DNA of 64,000 nt from an uncultured Myxococcales bacterium (GCA_964593795.1 CAZQJC010000111.1:12608-76607); one strand, 5' to 3'. Positions 27,550-37,703 are shown, numbered from the stretch's first letter. The notes: generated by a model not told the origin, from the sequence alone. Translations and numbers: made by a program.

Positions 27550-28850
27550 CGACGCTCGTCGTCGGGGCGGGTGCGACCGGGATCGAGGTCGCGCGGTTCC
27601 TCGCTCGGTCGGGCGACCGGGTCGTGCTCACGGATCGGGCGGAGAAGCGCGCCATCCCGGACGAGGTGCGGGGCGCGGTGGAGCTCGTGCTCGGCGAGCA
27701 CCGGCTCGCGGACTTCACGGGCGCGGACCGCATCGTGCTCTCGCCGGGCGTGGATCCGCGCGGGCCGGAGCTGGCGGCGGCGCGCGCGCGCGGCGTGCCC
27801 ATCACGGGCGAGATCGAGCTCGCCTCGGCGCACGTGCGCGGGACGCTCGTCGCGATCACCGGCACGAACGGCAAGAGCACCGCGACCTCGCTGTGCGGGG
27901 CGATCTGCGCGGCCACGGGCCGGCCGACGTTCGTGGGCGGGAACCTCGGTACGCCGCTCGTCTCGGCGATCGGCACGCCGGCGCTCGCGCCGGGCGGCTT
28001 CTGCGTGCTCGAGCTGTCGAGCTACCAGCTCGAGACCTGCGTGACGATGCGGCCGCACGTGGCGGTGCTCCTCAACCTCACGCCCGATCACCTCGACCGC
28101 TACGATTCTATGGCGGCGTACGGGGCCGCGAAGGCGCGCATTTTTTCCGCCCAGACCGCGGACGACTTCGCGGTCGTGCACGGCGGCGACCCGACGTGCG
28201 TGGCGCTCGCCCGGGGCCATGCGTCGCGCCTCGTGGCGCTTCCCGCGCCGACCGACGCGGAGCTCGTCCTGCCGCTACCGGCGGGCGAGGAGCGCTTCCC
28301 GACCGCGGACCTCGCGCTCGTCGGCCGGCACAACCTGGAGAACGCGGCGGCCGCCTACGCCGCCGCCCGGCTGGCGGGGGTGCCCGCCGAGGACGTGCGC
28401 GCGGGGGCGCGCGGGTTCCGGCCGCTCGACCACCGCATGCAGCTCGTCGGCGAGGCCCGCGGCGTGCGCTACTTCGACGACTCGAAGGGCACCAACGTCG
28501 ACGCGGTCGTGGCCTCCGTGCGCGGGTTCCCGACGCCGTACGTGCTCATCTGCGGGGGCAAGGACAAGGGCGGCAGCTACGCGCCGCTGGCCGAGGCGGT
28601 GCGGGGGCGGGCGCGCGCGGTGGTGCTCCTCGGCGAGGCCGCGCCGCTCATCGAAGCCGCCCTCGGCGACGCCGCGCCCCACGAGCGCGCCTCGAGCATG
28701 GGCGACGCCGTGCAGAGGGCGGCCGCGCTGGCGCGCCCCGGAGACGCCGTGGTGCTCTCGCCGGCGTGCTCGTCGTTCGACATGTTCACCGACTACAAGG
28801 ACCGCGGCCGGAGGTTCCAGGCCGCCGTGGCCGCCCTGCCCCGCGATTGA
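27546..28850 (+). CDS. murD: UDP-MurNAc-L-Ala:D-Glu ligase
   Basis: ITGTNGKST, GGNLG, ELSSYQL, DHLDRY, DDSKGTN, LSPACSSFDMF. Confidence 0.96.
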   Translation: MTTLVVGAGATGIEVARFLARSGDRVVLTDRAEKRAIPDEVRGAVELVLGEHRLADFTGADRIVLSPGVDPRGPELAAARARGVPITGEIELASAHVRGTLVAITGTNGKSTATSLCGAICAATGRPTFVGGNLGTPLVSAIGTPALAPGGFCVLELSSYQLETCVTMRPHVAVLLNLTPDHLDRYDSMAAYGAAKARIFSAQTADDFAVVHGGDPTCVALARGHASRLVALPAPTDAELVLPLPAGEERFPTADLALVGRHNLENAAAAYAAARLAGVPAEDVRAGARGFRPLDHRMQLVGEARGVRYFDDSKGTNVDAVVASVRGFPTPYVLICGGKDKGGSYAPLAEAVRGRARAVVLLGEAAPLIEAALGDAAPHERASSMGDAVQRAAALARPGDAVVLSPACSSFDMFTDYKDRGRRFQAAVAALPRD

Positions 28851-28882
28851 CGCGCGCGCCGCGCAGCGGGACCATGCGACTC

Positions 28883-30592
28883 ATGCGGATCTGTGCATGG
28901 ATGCTGGCGGTGCCGCTCGGGTGCGGCGGAGGCAAGGCCCCGGCGCCGCAGCCGAGCGTGCTCGGCACGCCGCGGCTGCACCGGCTGGACGTGGGCGGAC
29001 AGCCGTCGGGCCTCGTGCGCCTCGCCGTCGCGTTTTCGGGCGACAGGGGCAGCGCGATGCTGCTCAACGTGGCCGCGGACCTCGACGGCGACGGCAAGGT
29101 CTCGGCCGCCGAGTGGCTCGTGGTCAACACGCCGGTGGCCGTCCAGCAGGGCGAGCAGGTGATGTACCTCGCGGCGGAGACGTCGCAGCCGACGGTGCGC
29201 CTGCAGGTGGCGCTCGGCGCGCAGCTCCTGCCCGCCGGCTGGGACGGCAAGCGTCCAGCGGACGCCGACCACCTCGAGGCCAAGGTGGAGCTCGTGCCCG
29301 TCGCGATCACGCCCGCGCGGGCGAGCGCCACGCCCGGTCGCTACGGCGCGCCGCCCGCGGGCCTGCCGGTCGCGCGCCCGGTCGGCGCCGGCGCCCCCAC
29401 GCGCGACGACGGCACGAGCGTGCTCCTCAAGGACACGCCGAACATCGCGCAGGGCGACTTCGAGTGCCTGCCGACGACCATCGCAGGCAACCTCACGTAC
29501 CTCGCGCGCAAGAACAACGAGTCCATGCTCGGCACCGCCGACGCGCCGATCGACGTGGGGATCCCGGCCGATCACGTCGGCAAGAACGGCTCCGTCAACG
29601 ACGGCGTGGCCGACCTGCGCGACGCGATCAAGAAGGGAATGGGGCCGCTCTTCCACGAGCCGATGGGCGACGAGGGCGGCGTCGATCGCAAGGACCTCGT
29701 CAAGGCCAAGCACGCGGCCGTCAAGGCGCTCGGGCTCGGCGACAAGGTCGTCACGTCGCTCATCAACCCCAAGCGGGGCGCCGACGGCATGCCGCTCAAG
29801 GGGCCCGACGGCATGCCCACCGACGAGCCCGGGAGCGACGGCGCGGGCGTCTACGACGCCATCAAGGAGGCGCTCCGCCAGGGCTGCGTGGTCGAGGTCG
29901 GGATCCGCTACAAGCCGGGCGCCGCGCCGGATCCGACCATGCCCGACGACGGCTACGGCCACATCGTCAACGTCGTCGGCTTCGCCGAGGCGGGCGGAAA
30001 GGCGTCCGTCTATCTGCAGGATCCCGCGCGCGGCGCGATCCCGGGCATCGACGTGCGCGGCGACGCACCCCCGATCAGCCAGCCCGAGGTGCAGGAGCTC
30101 GGCGCGGATCACACCTCGCTGCCCGGCTACCAGAACGAGAGCTTCCGCGACATGCGAACGGGCAAGGCGCGCAGCACGCCCGGGCGGCTCGAGTTCGCGA
30201 TCAAGCAGTGCTGGCAGAAGACGCAACAGACGGGCTGCGCGGCGTTCCAGCCGGGGACGTACGCGGCTTCGCTGCTCGGCGTGACCGACAACGGCGGCCA
30301 CCAGTCGCACATCGGCAACCCGTTTGCGGGGTCGATCTCCGTCTCGGGCGGCTCGGGCAGCATCGCCTTCTCGGGCGGCTCGCCGTTCGTGCCCGTCTCG
30401 GGCTCGCTCGACGCGAGCTGCGGCGTGTCGGCGACCGGACAGGGCACGGTCGCGGGTCAGCCAGGCGTGTCGGTCGAGCTGCGCGGCACGGTGTCCGGCA
30501 GCGAGATCACCGGGACGTACCGCATGGGCACGCGCAGCGAGCTCCCGGGCGGCGGCGACATCACCTACCGCTACCGCCTCGCGAAGGAGTAG
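28883..30592 (+). CDS. Lipoprotein with a putative papain-fold cysteine peptidase domain and an EF-hand-like loop
   Basis: Lipobox VPLGC; DLDGDGKVSAAEW; IAQGDFECLPTT, GYGHIVNVVGF and YLQDP in papain-fold order. Start is 28883 or 28874. Confidence 0.6.
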   Translation: MRICAWMLAVPLGCGGGKAPAPQPSVLGTPRLHRLDVGGQPSGLVRLAVAFSGDRGSAMLLNVAADLDGDGKVSAAEWLVVNTPVAVQQGEQVMYLAAETSQPTVRLQVALGAQLLPAGWDGKRPADADHLEAKVELVPVAITPARASATPGRYGAPPAGLPVARPVGAGAPTRDDGTSVLLKDTPNIAQGDFECLPTTIAGNLTYLARKNNESMLGTADAPIDVGIPADHVGKNGSVNDGVADLRDAIKKGMGPLFHEPMGDEGGVDRKDLVKAKHAAVKALGLGDKVVTSLINPKRGADGMPLKGPDGMPTDEPGSDGAGVYDAIKEALRQGCVVEVGIRYKPGAAPDPTMPDDGYGHIVNVVGFAEAGGKASVYLQDPARGAIPGIDVRGDAPPISQPEVQELGADHTSLPGYQNESFRDMRTGKARSTPGRLEFAIKQCWQKTQQTGCAAFQPGTYAASLLGVTDNGGHQSHIGNPFAGSISVSGGSGSIAFSGGSPFVPVSGSLDASCGVSATGQGTVAGQPGVSVELRGTVSGSEITGTYRMGTRSELPGGGDITYRYRLAKE

Positions 30593-30603
30593 CCTCCACC
30601 CCC

Positions 30604-31869
30604 ATGTCCGAGCCCCCCGCCCCCGCAGCCGACGCGGCCGCGCCGACCGGCGTGCAGCCACGCCGCGCCGCGCTCGCGTTCGTCTTCGTGACGGTCCTGC
30701 TCGACATGCTCGCGCTCGGCATGATCATCCCGGTCCTGCCGCGCCTCGTCGTGGGCTTCGTCGGCGGGGACACGGCCCGCGCGGCAGAGATGTATGGCCT
30801 CTTCGGCACGGTCTGGGCGCTCATGCAGTTCCTGTGGTCGCCGCTCCTCGGGGCGCTGTCGGACCGCGTGGGGCGGCGCCCGGTCATCCTGATCTCGAAC
30901 TTCGGCCTGGCCGGCGACTACGTCCTCATGGCCCTCGCCCCCACGCTCGGGTGGCTCTTCGTCGGGCGTGTCGTCTCGGGCATCACCGCCGCGAGCATCC
31001 CCACCGCGAGCGCCTACATCGCCGACGTCACACCGCCCGAGAAGCGGGCGGGCGCGTTCGGAATGCTCGGCGCGGCGTTCGGCCTCGGCTTCGTGCTCGG
31101 CCCGGCGCTCGGCGGCCTGCTGGGCGGCCACGACCCCCGCCTGCCCTTCTGGGTCGCGGCGGGCCTCTCGCTGACGAACGCCTGCTATGGCCTCTTCGTG
31201 CTGCCGGAGTCGCTGCCGCGCGAGCGGCGCGCGGGCTTCCGCTGGGCGCGCGCGAACCCCGTCGGGGCGCTCGTGCTCCTGCGGCGTCACCCCGAGCTGC
31301 TGGGCCTGTCGGCCGTGTCGTTCCTGAGCTACCTCGCGCACCAGGTGCTGCCCTCCACGTTCGTCCTCTACGCGGGGCACCGCTACTCCTGGGGCGAGCG
31401 CGAGGTGGGACTGACGCTCGCGGGCGTCGGCGTGTGCACGGCGATCGTCCAGGGCGGGCTCATCAAGCCGCTCGTCCAGCGTCTCGGCGAGCGCAAGGCG
31501 CTCCTCATCGGCCTCCTCTGCGGCGCCGCCGGCTTCGGGATCTACGGCCTCGCACCCACGGGCCTGCTGTTCAACCTCGGCATCCCGGTGATGGCGTTCT
31601 GGGGGCTGGCCGGGCCGTCGTGCCAGGGGCTCATGACGCGGCACGTGAGCCCGTCCGAGCAGGGCCAGCTCCAGGGGGCCCAGTCGAGCCTGACCGGCAT
31701 CACCGGCATGATCGGCCCGGGCCTCTTCGCGTGGACGTTCGCGCGCGCGCTCGACCCGCACATCGCGCTGCCCGGGGCGCCCTATCTGCTCGCAGCCGGC
31801 GTCCTCGTGCTGGCGATGGGCATGGCGACCTGGGCCAGCCGCGCGGCGCGGGCCCCACAAGCTCCCTGA
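30604..31869 (+). CDS. TetA/TCR-family MFS efflux transporter
   Basis: Motif A GALSDRVGRRP, motif C FGLGFVLGPALGG, about 12 TM segments. Confidence 0.9.
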   Translation: MSEPPAPAADAAAPTGVQPRRAALAFVFVTVLLDMLALGMIIPVLPRLVVGFVGGDTARAAEMYGLFGTVWALMQFLWSPLLGALSDRVGRRPVILISNFGLAGDYVLMALAPTLGWLFVGRVVSGITAASIPTASAYIADVTPPEKRAGAFGMLGAAFGLGFVLGPALGGLLGGHDPRLPFWVAAGLSLTNACYGLFVLPESLPRERRAGFRWARANPVGALVLLRRHPELLGLSAVSFLSYLAHQVLPSTFVLYAGHRYSWGEREVGLTLAGVGVCTAIVQGGLIKPLVQRLGERKALLIGLLCGAAGFGIYGLAPTGLLFNLGIPVMAFWGLAGPSCQGLMTRHVSPSEQGQLQGAQSSLTGITGMIGPGLFAWTFARALDPHIALPGAPYLLAAGVLVLAMGMATWASRAARAPQAP

Positions 31870-31875
31870 TCCGGA

Positions 31876-32001
31876 GAACAAGGAACAGAGCAGTAGAACA
31901 ACAGGCAACACGGACCACGGAATCGCTGACCTGGGCCGAGGACAGCCTCCGACATTCCACGCTCCCTGTTGCTCTGTTGCCCTGATCCTGGTTCCTTGTT
32001 C
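31876..32001. repeat. Hairpin element with GAACAAGGAAC...GTTCCTTGTTC termini and ~7-nt periodic arms (family B, copy 1)
   Basis: 11-bp perfect terminal inverted repeat; homologous to 54698-54802 in the opposite orientation. Confidence 0.8.
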
Positions 32002-32069
32002 ACGCCGTTTGCTCCGGCGAAAAACTGGCTCCCGTTCCAGTCCGGCCCTACCGTCGAAGGTGGCGCCGC

Positions 32070-33269
32070 ATGCACGAGAAGCCGGTCGACATCCTGCTGT
32101 TCCTGGCCGTCGTGGCCCTGCTGACGCTGGGCTCCATCATGGTGTTCTCGGCGGGCGCCGTGTACGCCCAGCAGAAGCACGGCTCGTACACGTACTTCCT
32201 CGTCCGCCAGGCCTTCTACCTGTCGCTCGGCGGGCTCGCGATGTGGCGCTTCGCGCGCATCGACTTCGGGCGCCTGCGCAAGTACGCGCCGTCGATGGTC
32301 GCCGCGTCGTTCGCGCTCCTCGTCGCCGTGCTCTTCCTCGGCGCGCGGATCAACGGCGCTCGCCGCTGGTTCCGCCTCGGGCCGCTGTCGTTCCAGCCGG
32401 CCGAGGTCGCCAAGCTCGCGCTCGTCGTGTTCCTCGCGCACTCGCTGGCCAAGCAAGCGCAGAAGCTCGGACGCTCGCCGCTCGCGTTCATCCCGCAGTT
32501 CACCATCGCGAGCATCCTGATGGGCCTCGTGCTGGTGCAGCCCGACCTCGGCACGGCGGCCATCCTCGGCTTCACGACCATCGCGGTCCTGTTCGTGTCG
32601 GGCGCGCGCATGTCGTACCTGTTCATCGCCGTGCTCGCGGCCGCGCCGGTCGCGTGGAAGCACCTCGCCGGCACGCCCTGGCGCCTCAAGCGCGTCGTCG
32701 CGTTCGTCGATCCGTGGCCGTTCCGCCGCGACATCGGCTACCAGATCACCGAGTCGCTCATCAGCGTCGGCTCGGGGGGAACCTACGGCATGGGCCTCGG
32801 CGACGGCAGGCAGAAGCTGTTCTTCCTGCCCGAGGCGCACACCGACTTCATCCTGTCGATCCTCTGCGAGGAGCTCGGGTTCGTGGGCCTTTGCTGCGTG
32901 GTCGCGCTCTTCGGCCTGCTCGTGTGGCGCGGCCTCCGCGCCGCCTGGGGCGCGCGTGACGCGTTCGGCACGTACCTGGCCTTCGGCATCACGATGCTCT
33001 TCGCGTCGCAGGCGCTCATCAACATCGGCGTCGTCCTCGGCTCGCTGCCCACCAAGGGCCTGACGCTGCCGTTCGTCAGCTACGGCGGCAGCTCCCTCGT
33101 CGTGACGATGGCGATGGCGGGGGTGCTGCTCAACATCTCGCGGCGAAACCCGGCGCCGGTCGGCCCGGACCTGCACGAGTCGCAGCGCGAGCCGCTGTGG
33201 CGTCGAATCTTCCGCCCGCGCACCTCGAAGAACCGCGCGGTCGGACGCCAGGTGGTGATCGAGTCGTGA
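32070..33269 (+). CDS. ftsW: Peptidoglycan polymerase FtsW (SEDS family)
   Basis: INGARRW, FQPAEVAK, QPDLG, LPEAHTDFI, LPFVSYGGSS. Confidence 0.96.
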   Translation: MHEKPVDILLFLAVVALLTLGSIMVFSAGAVYAQQKHGSYTYFLVRQAFYLSLGGLAMWRFARIDFGRLRKYAPSMVAASFALLVAVLFLGARINGARRWFRLGPLSFQPAEVAKLALVVFLAHSLAKQAQKLGRSPLAFIPQFTIASILMGLVLVQPDLGTAAILGFTTIAVLFVSGARMSYLFIAVLAAAPVAWKHLAGTPWRLKRVVAFVDPWPFRRDIGYQITESLISVGSGGTYGMGLGDGRQKLFFLPEAHTDFILSILCEELGFVGLCCVVALFGLLVWRGLRAAWGARDAFGTYLAFGITMLFASQALINIGVVLGSLPTKGLTLPFVSYGGSSLVVTMAMAGVLLNISRRNPAPVGPDLHESQREPLWRRIFRPRTSKNRAVGRQVVIES

Positions 33270-34324
33270 CCGTCCTCATCGCCGGTGGCGGGACGGGCGG
33301 GCACCTCTACCCCGGCATCGCCGTCGCCGAGGAGCTGCGCCGCCGCGGCCACGCCGTGTCGTTCGTCGGCACCGAGCGCGGCCTCGAGATGACCGCCGTC
33401 CCGAAGGCCGGCTTCGAGCTCGACCTCGTGGACGTCAGTGGCCTAAAGCGCGTCGGTGCGCGCGCGCTCGCGGCGGGCCTGCTGCGCCTGCCGCGCGCCA
33501 TCAGCCAGGCGCGCATCCTCCTCATGCGCCGGCATCCGTCGTTCGTGCTGGGAGTGGGCGGCTACGCCTCCGGGCCCATGCTGATCGCCGCGAAGCTCTT
33601 CGGCCTGCCGACCGCGATCATGGAGCAGAACTCGATCCCGGGCCTGACGAACAAGGTGCTCGGGCGCCTGGTCGATCGCGTGTTCGTGGCGTTCGAGGGC
33701 TCGCGCGCGTTCTTCCCGGCCAGCAAGACGGCCCTCGTCGGGAACCCGGTGCGCTCGGCCCTCGCAGGGAGCCTCCCTGCGAGCGGCGCAGCAAGGCCCA
33801 GCCTGCTGGTGTTCGGGGGCTCGCAGGGAGCGCGGCGCCTGAACGAGCTGGTGCCGCAGGCGATCGCGCTCTGCCCCGAGCGGCCGCGGGTCCTCCACCA
33901 GACGGGCGCCGCGGACGTCGACGCCACGCGCGAGCGCTACGCGCAGCTCGGCGTCGAGGCCGACGTGCGGCCGTTCATCGACGACATGGCGAGCGCGTAC
34001 CGCGGGGCGGACGTGGTGGTCTGCCGCGCGGGCGCGACCACGCTGGCGGAGCTCGGAATCGTCGGAAAGCCCGCGATCCTGGTGCCGCTGCCCACCGCGG
34101 CCGACGACCACCAGACCAAGAACGCGGCGGAGCTCGTCGCCGCGGGCGCGGCGCTACTCCTGCCGCAGCCTGGCCTCGAGCCGCCGGCGATCGCGGAGGC
34201 GCTCGGGGCGCTGCTCCGCGATCCCGCGCGCCGCGCGCAGATGTCCGAGCGCATGCGCGCCCTCGGGCGGCCGCGCGCCGCGAGCGACATCGCCGACGCG
34301 GTCGAGCAGCTGGGCAAGCGCTGA
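33266..34324 (+). CDS. murG: Lipid II GlcNAc transferase
   Basis: GGGTGGH, GGYAS, EQN, GGSQG, RAGATT, DHQTKNA. Confidence 0.97.
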   Translation: MTVLIAGGGTGGHLYPGIAVAEELRRRGHAVSFVGTERGLEMTAVPKAGFELDLVDVSGLKRVGARALAAGLLRLPRAISQARILLMRRHPSFVLGVGGYASGPMLIAAKLFGLPTAIMEQNSIPGLTNKVLGRLVDRVFVAFEGSRAFFPASKTALVGNPVRSALAGSLPASGAARPSLLVFGGSQGARRLNELVPQAIALCPERPRVLHQTGAADVDATRERYAQLGVEADVRPFIDDMASAYRGADVVVCRAGATTLAELGIVGKPAILVPLPTAADDHQTKNAAELVAAGAALLLPQPGLEPPAIAEALGALLRDPARRAQMSERMRALGRPRAASDIADAVEQLGKR

Positions 34325-34337
34325 CCGCGCCCGATGC

Positions 34338-34823
34338 CTAGCCCGGGATGCAGAAGGAAAAGACGCCGAAGTCGCTCTTCATCCCGGCCGACACGGTGAT
34401 CGTGACCTGCCAGAGCCCCGCCATGAACAGGTTCACGTTGTCGACCTTGTACGCGTCGCCGGCCGGCGTGATCGTGGGCACGATCGACGTGCCGTGGCCG
34501 TGGTCCGGCATGAACGGCTTGACGTCCAGCGTGGCGCCCATCACCGGTGCGCCCGCGGCGTCGAGCACCTTGAGCATCCAGTTGTTGTTGCCCTTGGTGG
34601 GCGGCGCCGGGTCGCTCGAGACGAGCACCAGCTTGAGCCGCGCCTCCTTGCTCGGCAGCTCCATGTTGGCCGCGTAGGTCATCGCCCGCATGTCGGTCAG
34701 GCAGCCGACCACGTTGCTGCCCCCCGCCCCGGCCGTGCCGGCCGCGCCCGCGCCCCCACCGCCGTCACCGCCACAGGAGGAGCCAACCAGAATCGCGAGG
34801 ACCAGTCCGATTGCGAGCTTCAT
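34338..34823 (-). CDS. YtkA/FixH-like lipoprotein (MPDHGHG motif)
   Basis: Lipobox GSSC, Gly linker, PFMPDHGHG, LFMAGLWQVTI. Confidence 0.75.
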   Translation of the reverse strand: MKLAIGLVLAILVGSSCGGDGGGGAGAAGTAGAGGSNVVGCLTDMRAMTYAANMELPSKEARLKLVLVSSDPAPPTKGNNNWMLKVLDAAGAPVMGATLDVKPFMPDHGHGTSIVPTITPAGDAYKVDNVNLFMAGLWQVTITVSAGMKSDFGVFSFCIPG

Positions 34824-34937
34824 GACCACCTTGCCTACGTACGCGCGAGCTTGGCAGAGCGTTACACACATCGCAAGGCGCCCGGTCGTGCGCCGGAACC
34901 CTTGACGGATCGCCCCGCCCCGGGTCTGCTTCGGACG

Positions 34938-35372
34938 ATGTGGCGTGCGGGGGCCGCGATGGCCCTGTCGATCCTGTTCGGTGGCTGTGGCGACTCGGCG
35001 CCGCCTGCCACCCCGATGTGCGTGCCGAGCCTGGACCTCGCCTGCCGGCCGCTCTACGCGGACACCTCGTACCAGAACCTCTTCGACAAGATCATCAAGC
35101 CCACCTGCGCGAGCAGCGCGGGCCAGTGCCACAGCGCCGGCGGGCGCGAGGGTGGGCTCGTCCTCGAGGACGCCGACGCCGCCTACGCGCTGCTCCTCGG
35201 CACCACTGACGGTCGAGCGCGCGTCAAGGCCGGCGACCCGAAGTGCAGCCTGGTGATGGAACGGCTGGAATCCGACGACGCCGCGTTCCGGATGCCGCCC
35301 TCGTCGGCGAAGCTCTCGAGCGAGATGCGCTGCAACTTCACGCTCTGGATCGCGCAAGGAGCCAAGCGATGA
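34938..35372 (+). CDS. Lipoprotein with a non-canonical CX6CH haem-like motif (probable monohaem cytochrome c)
   Basis: Lipobox FGGC; IIKPTCASSAGQCH; distal RMPP Met ligand candidate. Confidence 0.6.
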   Translation: MWRAGAAMALSILFGGCGDSAPPATPMCVPSLDLACRPLYADTSYQNLFDKIIKPTCASSAGQCHSAGGREGGLVLEDADAAYALLLGTTDGRARVKAGDPKCSLVMERLESDDAAFRMPPSSAKLSSEMRCNFTLWIAQGAKR

Positions 35373-36889
35373 CCCTTCGGCGCGCCCTGTGGGCGCTCGC
35401 CTGTGTCCTGTCCGCGTGCGGTGAGCGCACGCCGTCCAAGCTCCTCTCGCGCGAAAAGCTCATGGACCCGATGTCCTGCGCCGAGTGCCACGCGGACCAC
35501 TACAAGGACTGGTCGGGCAGCATGCACGCCTACGCCGCCGAGGACCCGGTCTTCATCGCGATGAACAAGCGCGGCCAGCGCGAGACCGGCGGCGCGCTCG
35601 GCGACTTCTGCATCAAGTGCCACGCGCCGCTCGCCGTCTCCGAGGGGCTGACCAGGGACGGCCTGAACCTCGACAGCGTGCCGAAGCACTTGAAGGGCGT
35701 GACCTGCTACTTCTGCCACAACGTCGTCGCCGTCGAGGGCACGCACAACAACCCCCTCAGGCTCGCGAACGACACGACGATCCGCGGCCCGCTCAAGGAT
35801 CCCGACGCGGTCCCGAACACGGCGCACGCGTCGGCGTACTCGACGCTGCACGACCGCGACGAGGCCGACTCCGCCAAGCTCTGCGGGAGCTGCCACGACA
35901 TCGTGACGCCGAAGGGGGCGTTCATCGAGCGCACGTACGACGAGTGGCAGAAGTCCGTCTTCTCGATGCTCGCCAAGGGCGTCACGTGCGGGCAGTGCCA
36001 CATGCCGCAGTCGCGCGACCTGCGGCCCGTCGCCAAGGCCCCCGGCGTGGGCGTGCGCCGCTACCACAGCCACCAGTTCGCCGGCGTCGACGTCGCGCTG
36101 ACGCCCTTCCCGGAGAAGGAGGCGCAGCGCGCGGCCATCGACGACTTCTTCGAGTCCAGCACGCAGAGCGCGCTCTGCGTGCTCAACCGCGGCACGAACG
36201 CAGCCGTGCGCGTGATCGTGGACACCGTCGACGTCGGCCATTCGCTGCCGAGCGGCTCGTCGCAAGACCGCCGCCTGTGGACCGAGGTCATCGCCTACAA
36301 GGACGGCCAGGTCATCTACCAGAGCGGCGTCCTGCCCCCGAACGGCCGCATCACCGAGGCCGACGCCGACACGTGGATCCTCCGCGACCGCATGCTCGAC
36401 GACGCGGGCAAGGAGGTGCACATGTTCTGGGAGGCGGCCTGCTACGAGTCCCAGACGCTGCCGGCACAGACGACGTTCGACACGCGGAGCCCCGACTTCT
36501 TCAAGACCCACAAGGTGCAGTCGTTCCCGCGCGGCGACTTCAGCAAGACGTTCGCGGGCGTACCCGATCGGGTGACGCTGCGGCTTCGCCTGCAGCCGAT
36601 CGGCCGCGACGTGCTCGACGACCTCGTGGCGAGCGGCGATCTCGATCCCGCGGTGCGCGACGCCATGCCGATCTTCGATGTCGTGATCGGGCACCAGACG
36701 CTGCCGAGCGGCGAGACGAAGCCGCTGACCGTGCTCGAGTGGACCCCCGAGCTCGCGATGGACGCGACCGTCGGCTTCCCCTACACGGAGCAGGGCATCC
36801 CGGTGACCTGCGTCACCCAGTCGAACATGAACAAGTCCGCCGAGAAGTTCCCGCCCGAGACGACGACGTCCTGCCCGGCCCGCCCCTGA
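35369..36889 (+). CDS. Pentahaem c-type cytochrome lipoprotein
   Basis: Lipobox LSAC; five CxxCH motifs: CAECH, CIKCH, CYFCH, CGSCH, CGQCH. Confidence 0.92.
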   Translation: MTLRRALWALACVLSACGERTPSKLLSREKLMDPMSCAECHADHYKDWSGSMHAYAAEDPVFIAMNKRGQRETGGALGDFCIKCHAPLAVSEGLTRDGLNLDSVPKHLKGVTCYFCHNVVAVEGTHNNPLRLANDTTIRGPLKDPDAVPNTAHASAYSTLHDRDEADSAKLCGSCHDIVTPKGAFIERTYDEWQKSVFSMLAKGVTCGQCHMPQSRDLRPVAKAPGVGVRRYHSHQFAGVDVALTPFPEKEAQRAAIDDFFESSTQSALCVLNRGTNAAVRVIVDTVDVGHSLPSGSSQDRRLWTEVIAYKDGQVIYQSGVLPPNGRITEADADTWILRDRMLDDAGKEVHMFWEAACYESQTLPAQTTFDTRSPDFFKTHKVQSFPRGDFSKTFAGVPDRVTLRLRLQPIGRDVLDDLVASGDLDPAVRDAMPIFDVVIGHQTLPSGETKPLTVLEWTPELAMDATVGFPYTEQGIPVTCVTQSNMNKSAEKFPPETTTSCPARP

Positions 36890-36985
36890 CGCCGCGCGCG
36901 GCACGCCGCCCCGCCTCCGCGACATCTTGACGCAGGGCCGGGACACGACCGGCTGCGTAGCATCTGCGACCGAACCCCTCGGAGG

Positions 36986-37687
36986 ATGACGATGAAGACG
37001 GCTTTCTGGATCGCTGGAGTGCTCTGCGTGGCGCTGGCTGGGTGTGGGGATGACAAGGGCGCTGCGGGGACCGGCGGCGCTGGAACCGGGGGCGCGGGCG
37101 GCATGACCGGTGGTGGGGGCGGCGCGGGCGCCGGCGGAGCGGCGGCGTGCGCGAGCCCCGGCGGCGCGGTGACGGGCGCAGCCGACGCGCACTGCACGAT
37201 GACCGTGACCATCAACCAGGCCTCCTGCGGCGGCGCGGGTGGGGCGGGCGGCATGGGCGGCCACGACCACGGAATGGCCGGCATGGGCGGCGCGGGCGCG
37301 GGCGGCGAGATGGGCGGCGAGATGTACCCGCCCACGATGAGCAACGCCGAGGGCGACGACGACGACTGCAAGTACCACCTCAAGTGGACCTCGACCGCCG
37401 TGTGCCAGAACAGCGACGTCTTCTTCACGGTGACGCTCACCAAGAAGAAGGACGGCATGGCCGCCGGTGGCGGCAAGACCTCCGCCGAGGTCTACCTCGA
37501 CGAGATGCACCCCGCGCCGAACTCCAACCAGATGACGACCGAGACCTCGCCCGGCGTCTACAAGGTGGGCCCGATCCGGTTCGACAAGGCCGGCAAGTGG
37601 ACGGTCCGCTTCCACACGTTCGAGGAGTGCGCCGACGCAGAGGACTCGCCGCACGGCCACGCCGCGTTCTACGTCAACGTGCCGTGA
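36986..37687 (+). CDS. His/Met-rich lipoprotein with a YtkA/FixH-like C-terminal domain
   Basis: Lipobox LAGC; GGHDHGMAGM linker; DEMHPAPN; GKWTVRFHTFEEC; PHGH. GGAGG RBS. Confidence 0.6.
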   Translation: MTMKTAFWIAGVLCVALAGCGDDKGAAGTGGAGTGGAGGMTGGGGGAGAGGAAACASPGGAVTGAADAHCTMTVTINQASCGGAGGAGGMGGHDHGMAGMGGAGAGGEMGGEMYPPTMSNAEGDDDDCKYHLKWTSTAVCQNSDVFFTVTLTKKKDGMAAGGGKTSAEVYLDEMHPAPNSNQMTTETSPGVYKVGPIRFDKAGKWTVRFHTFEECADAEDSPHGHAAFYVNVP

Positions 37688-37703
37688 CCGTGCGCGCGGC
37701 CGG

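Noticed and set aside
30604-31869. Calling the MFS pump a tetracycline resistance determinant
   Set aside because: The motifs only support the TetA/TCR family. There is no tetR neighbour or mobile context, and the substrate cannot be read from sequence.
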